A stretch of 64,000 nt of DNA from Lytechinus pictus (lineage: Eukaryota), in assembly GCF_037042905.1 (NCBI RefSeq), contig NC_087258.1:27590001-27654000 (forward strand), read 5' to 3'. Below are positions 60,407-64,000 of this stretch, in pieces; position 1 is the first letter of the stretch, and each line of letters opens with the position of its first letter. The notes beneath the pieces are model-generated. The model did not search any database and was not told the DNA's origin. It saw nothing but the letters and a program-made list of their open reading frames with translations. Position numbers and translations under genes: made by a program.

Positions 60407-62094
60407 CCTTTTTACCCAAGGAAATTACCCCTCACAAACGTAATTTCTTCCCCTTTCACCCGAGAAGGACCCGTTTTATGTGTGAGCAAGTGCCCCCTTG
60501 TTTTCTTGTTAGCGCCCTTTCTGGAATCGGTGCCCCTTTTTACCCAAGAAAGTGCACCTTTACCTGAAAAGGACCCGTTTTATGTGTAAGCAAGTGTCCA
60601 TTGCCTTCATGTAAGTACCCTTTCTCGTATCAGTGCCCCTTTTACCCAAGAAAACGGCCCCTCACGAACGTTTCCTGTGTCCATTTCACATTTGAGAAGG
60701 ACCCGTTATATGCTTTTGCCTTCTTATATATGTGCCCTTTCTCATATTTAGCCTGAGAAGGACTCATTTTATGTTATAACGAGTGCCCTTTTGAAACAAG
60801 AAAACAATATTCTAATTTTTATATGTTACTACTTATGAAGGAAAAAACTTGTAAGGAAAATCATACATGCGTTAGTTTCATGAGTCATGTGAGTGGGATA
60901 GATAAGCATTGGCGTACAAATGGGGGGCTTTGGAGGCTCTTGCCCCCTCCCCAAATTTTTCTCGACCAAGTAAAAAAGGGAAAGGTAAGAGAGAAGAGTG
61001 AAATATGATATTAGGTTTTTTTTTATATTAGTTGTCAATATCTATCACAAAATTGGATTTTCGTCAGAAAAATGTCAAAATTTTTACTCGCTCGCAAATT
61101 CTTATAAATAATTACGTTATACGACATATCTAGCCCGGTCATTTTTTTGGTTCATTAGTCATGTTTTCTTTGTTTTAAGATAGTGCCCTTTTCAAAAGAA
61201 AGGTGTCCTATTTTTCCTGTACCCCCCCCCCCACTTTCCATTTCGCTCCGCCGCCCCTGGAGAAAAGAGTAAAAAGAAACTTAATAAAGAAAGGGGAAAT
61301 AAAAGAAGGGGAGGAAAGTGAGAATAAAGGGAATTGGCAAAAAAAAAAAACTTTTAAGTAACTAAATCAACATAAAAAACACTTCCGCTCACATTAAGAA
61401 ATCTTATAAGGATTACATATGGCTCTCAAAATATTTTGTTTTCCAAGTCAATATAAATTTAAAAATAACTAGTTATATATTTTAATCCGTGCTTCACACT
61501 TTCATTGGTTTGTTTTGTAGTATATACTCCCGTTGATAACTAAAAAAAATAGTGCTTGAAATGTTCCGTTTACATTACAAAATTTAGCTCGCGTTCCGCG
61601 CTCGTTTTTTTTCTTCTTTCTTTCCTTTTTTGTGTACGAGCTGGGAAAATACATGAGAACGAAATAAAAAAGAAAACGAAAGAAGATTAGGATCATGGGG
61701 AAAAGAAAGGAGGAATGAAACAAAAATTAGGAAGGGAATGAAAGGAGAAAATAGAGAAATAGTTGTCGAGATAAAATATCTTTGGAAACGTTTCTCAAAA
61801 GCAGTCTTCATTCGACATAGAGTGACTATTCAGATTATTATTAATATATTTTTTTGTTGGAGTTCAAAAAAAAATCCATGCCTTGGTGCAGCTAGAGGGG
61901 AGTACGGCGGTAGAGATCGATCTTGTTTTCTTTTTAATTTTGTTTTGTTTCTTTGTTCGCTTGATTGCTTTCTTACTTGAAGAAAAACCAAACAATTTTT
62001 TTCACAGCCCCCCCCCCCCTCCCTACTCTGCATCTTCCCGATAAAACTAAAAGCTTTCGATACTGAAGCCACCAATAAATCGATAGATAGGCCT

Positions 62095-62330
62095 ACTTCC
62101 TTTCTTTCCCTTATTCCTTCTTTCTTTTCTTTCTATTTTCCTTTCGTTCCTTCTTTCTTTTCTTTCTATTTTCCTTTCGTTCCTTCTTTCTTTTCTTTCT
62201 ATTTTTCCCTCGCTCTCTTTCTTTCTTTTTTTTTTCCTTTTTTTTTCTTTCTTTCTTAACTTTCTTTCATCTTTATTAATTTCTTTCTTTCATCTAGCTT
62301 TCTTTCTTTCTATATTTTCTTTCTTTCAAG
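62095..62330. repeat. Pyrimidine-rich (CTTT)n low-complexity tract
   Basis: Tandem TTCCTTCTTTCTTTTCTTTCTATTTTCCTTTCG units. Confidence 0.85.
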
Positions 62331-63316
62331 CTATACCTTTAGTTTATTTTTCGTTCAAATTAGTGTTGGGTTAATTTTTCACGAATCTTTCCCACCCGAA
62401 ATTACTGGTAATTATCCGGGCTGGCAGATTTTAGGAAAGTGTTTTCGTCATTGAACGGTGTCTGCGCGCGCAGTCGGAGCCAACATCTCTGCAATCCGCC
62501 AACTTCGGATTTAACACCACGTGCGTCATTTTTGGTTGGAGAAGATCACAATACAGTCAGTAGGTCCATAATATGATGAAGTTTTCCTCTTGAGTCATCG
62601 TGATCGTGTTGCCCATCACCGTGTCCATCCTACGAACAATTGCCCGCTCTTTCATCTTTGCCTGGTAAGATATATTCTCTTTCTTCTCGATTGTCAAATT
62701 TCTTGGAAAGGGGTCAAAATTAAGTGTTTTTAGTTTGTACAATTTTAAGACCGAAACATATACAATGAGATAACTTTTCAAAACATTGAAGGTTTATACT
62801 TTTTCAAGTATTATATGTTTTATATGATTATGTGCGGTGCCCATTGAAAAGGATAGCCAACAGCTAGTAGGGAAATTTATAGTCAAGAGTGAGGATGATA
62901 TAACAACAACTTCAAGAGTTATATATTATGATTGTCTGATTGGATGTAAATTTTGCTCGGGCTGATTGATGAAGTAAACAGTCGGGTACCATGGTACTAA
63001 TAAATAGGGAATTGTTACCTGATGGTAACACCATGTGCATGTAACACAAAGCAGTGTCGGAGCATGAAGCTATTGCTATAGCTCCATGGTCGGAGCAGTG
63101 TATTAATTTGGCCTGTATACCTGCACAGAACTTCCTTCGTGAGCTATACTGAACTCCGTGGTTTAAGATAATGAGATATTGCGTAACACCATGCAGGGAT
63201 CAGCTCGCTGGAAAGAGAGAGAGAGATGGAGGAAGGGAGAGAGAGGGAGAGATCAGATAGAGGCGGCACCAAGGGAGGGGTGGTATGTGAGGCATTTGCC
63301 CCCGACCGGCCCAGCG

Positions 63317-63720
63317 GTTTATTACCAATTCGTCTAATACAAATTTGTCCAATTGCCAACTCGTCTACTATCATATTGGTCTACCATCAGTTCGTCCACT
63401 CGCCACATGGTCTACTTTCATTTAGTCTAATGCGATTCCGTCTAATAATCAGTTGGTCCAATAGCCATTTAGTCCATATAGCATTTGGTCTAATAAAGTG
63501 CTAACTGTGCGAAATGAAGGGAAACAAAATGGGTATTAGACCAACTGGTTATTAGACGAAATGGAAATAGACGAACTGGTGATTAGACGAAGTGATGATT
63601 TGACTTAATTGTTATTGGACCAAATGGTTGTTAGACGAAATGTTGATGGACTTGATGGCATTAGACTTAATGAAAGTAGAGCATGTGGTGAGTGGTCAGT
63701 AGACGAATTGCCAACTTACC
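63317..63720. mobile_element. MITE, same family as 50581-50973
   Basis: Same CCACATGGTCTAC / GTAGAGCATGTGG inverted arms and TAGACGAA subrepeats. Confidence 0.7.
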
Positions 63721-64000
63721 GGCCCAGCTGCCCCCAGAAATTGTGAAACTGAAAAAAATGTGTAGTAAATGCTGCCCCAAAAGCTCCCCCCCCCCCCATA
63801 TTTAAAAAACTCTAGTGCTGCCTCTGATGGGAGATAGGGGATGCCTAAAGCTTTAGTTCGGTCTCTATCAGTTGCTGGTGTTTGAGTCTGTATAGTATAG
63901 CGGTTGGAATTTTAATTCATTTACTTGGATTTCTATCCCGTACTATCATGCCTTGGAATTATAGTCTTAATCTTATATATACAAAACTTATTTGCCCCTC

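Larger units (their letters stand above)
58111..61259. mobile_element. hAT-like non-autonomous element (GTGCCC-rich) with nested insertions
   Basis: TIR CAGGGGCGGCG / CGCCGCCCCTG; flanks GAGAGAAG / GAGAAAAG (7 of 8 match); GTGCCC subrepeats resume after the insertion. Confidence 0.7.

Overview
AT-rich, repeat-dense eukaryotic DNA, not prokaryotic. The repeat families (TTAA-flanked MITEs, GGTCAAAGGTCA Helentron-like repeats, a tRNA-derived SINE, CGCGCTTCGCGCTC repeats) suggest a marine invertebrate, most plausibly a sea urchin; this is inference. The dominant feature is a tandem array, all on the + strand, of seven intact paralogs plus one decayed copy. They encode highly diverged FEM-1-family proteins: about 3 N-terminal ankyrin repeats, a FEM1 TPR-like helical region, a variably retained C-terminal ankyrin pair, and a BC-box plus Cul2-box, i.e. 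candidate CRL2 ubiquitin-ligase substrate receptors. Each protein is encoded by one large coding exon directly behind a 3' splice acceptor. All copies appear to lack the first ~4 ankyrin repeats of canonical FEM1, carry a hypervariable insert in the second repeat, and most have an acidic tail. Few promoter-like sequences are visible (a duplicated module at ~9.9 kb and ~14.2 kb, and a candidate at ~23.3 kb), which raises the possibility of shared leader exons spliced to alternative whole-CDS exons. Paralogs 3-5 share a near-identical conversion-like tract. The rest of the window is non-autonomous DNA transposons (several nested, several with verifiable TSDs), LINE fragments, SINEs and simple repeats.
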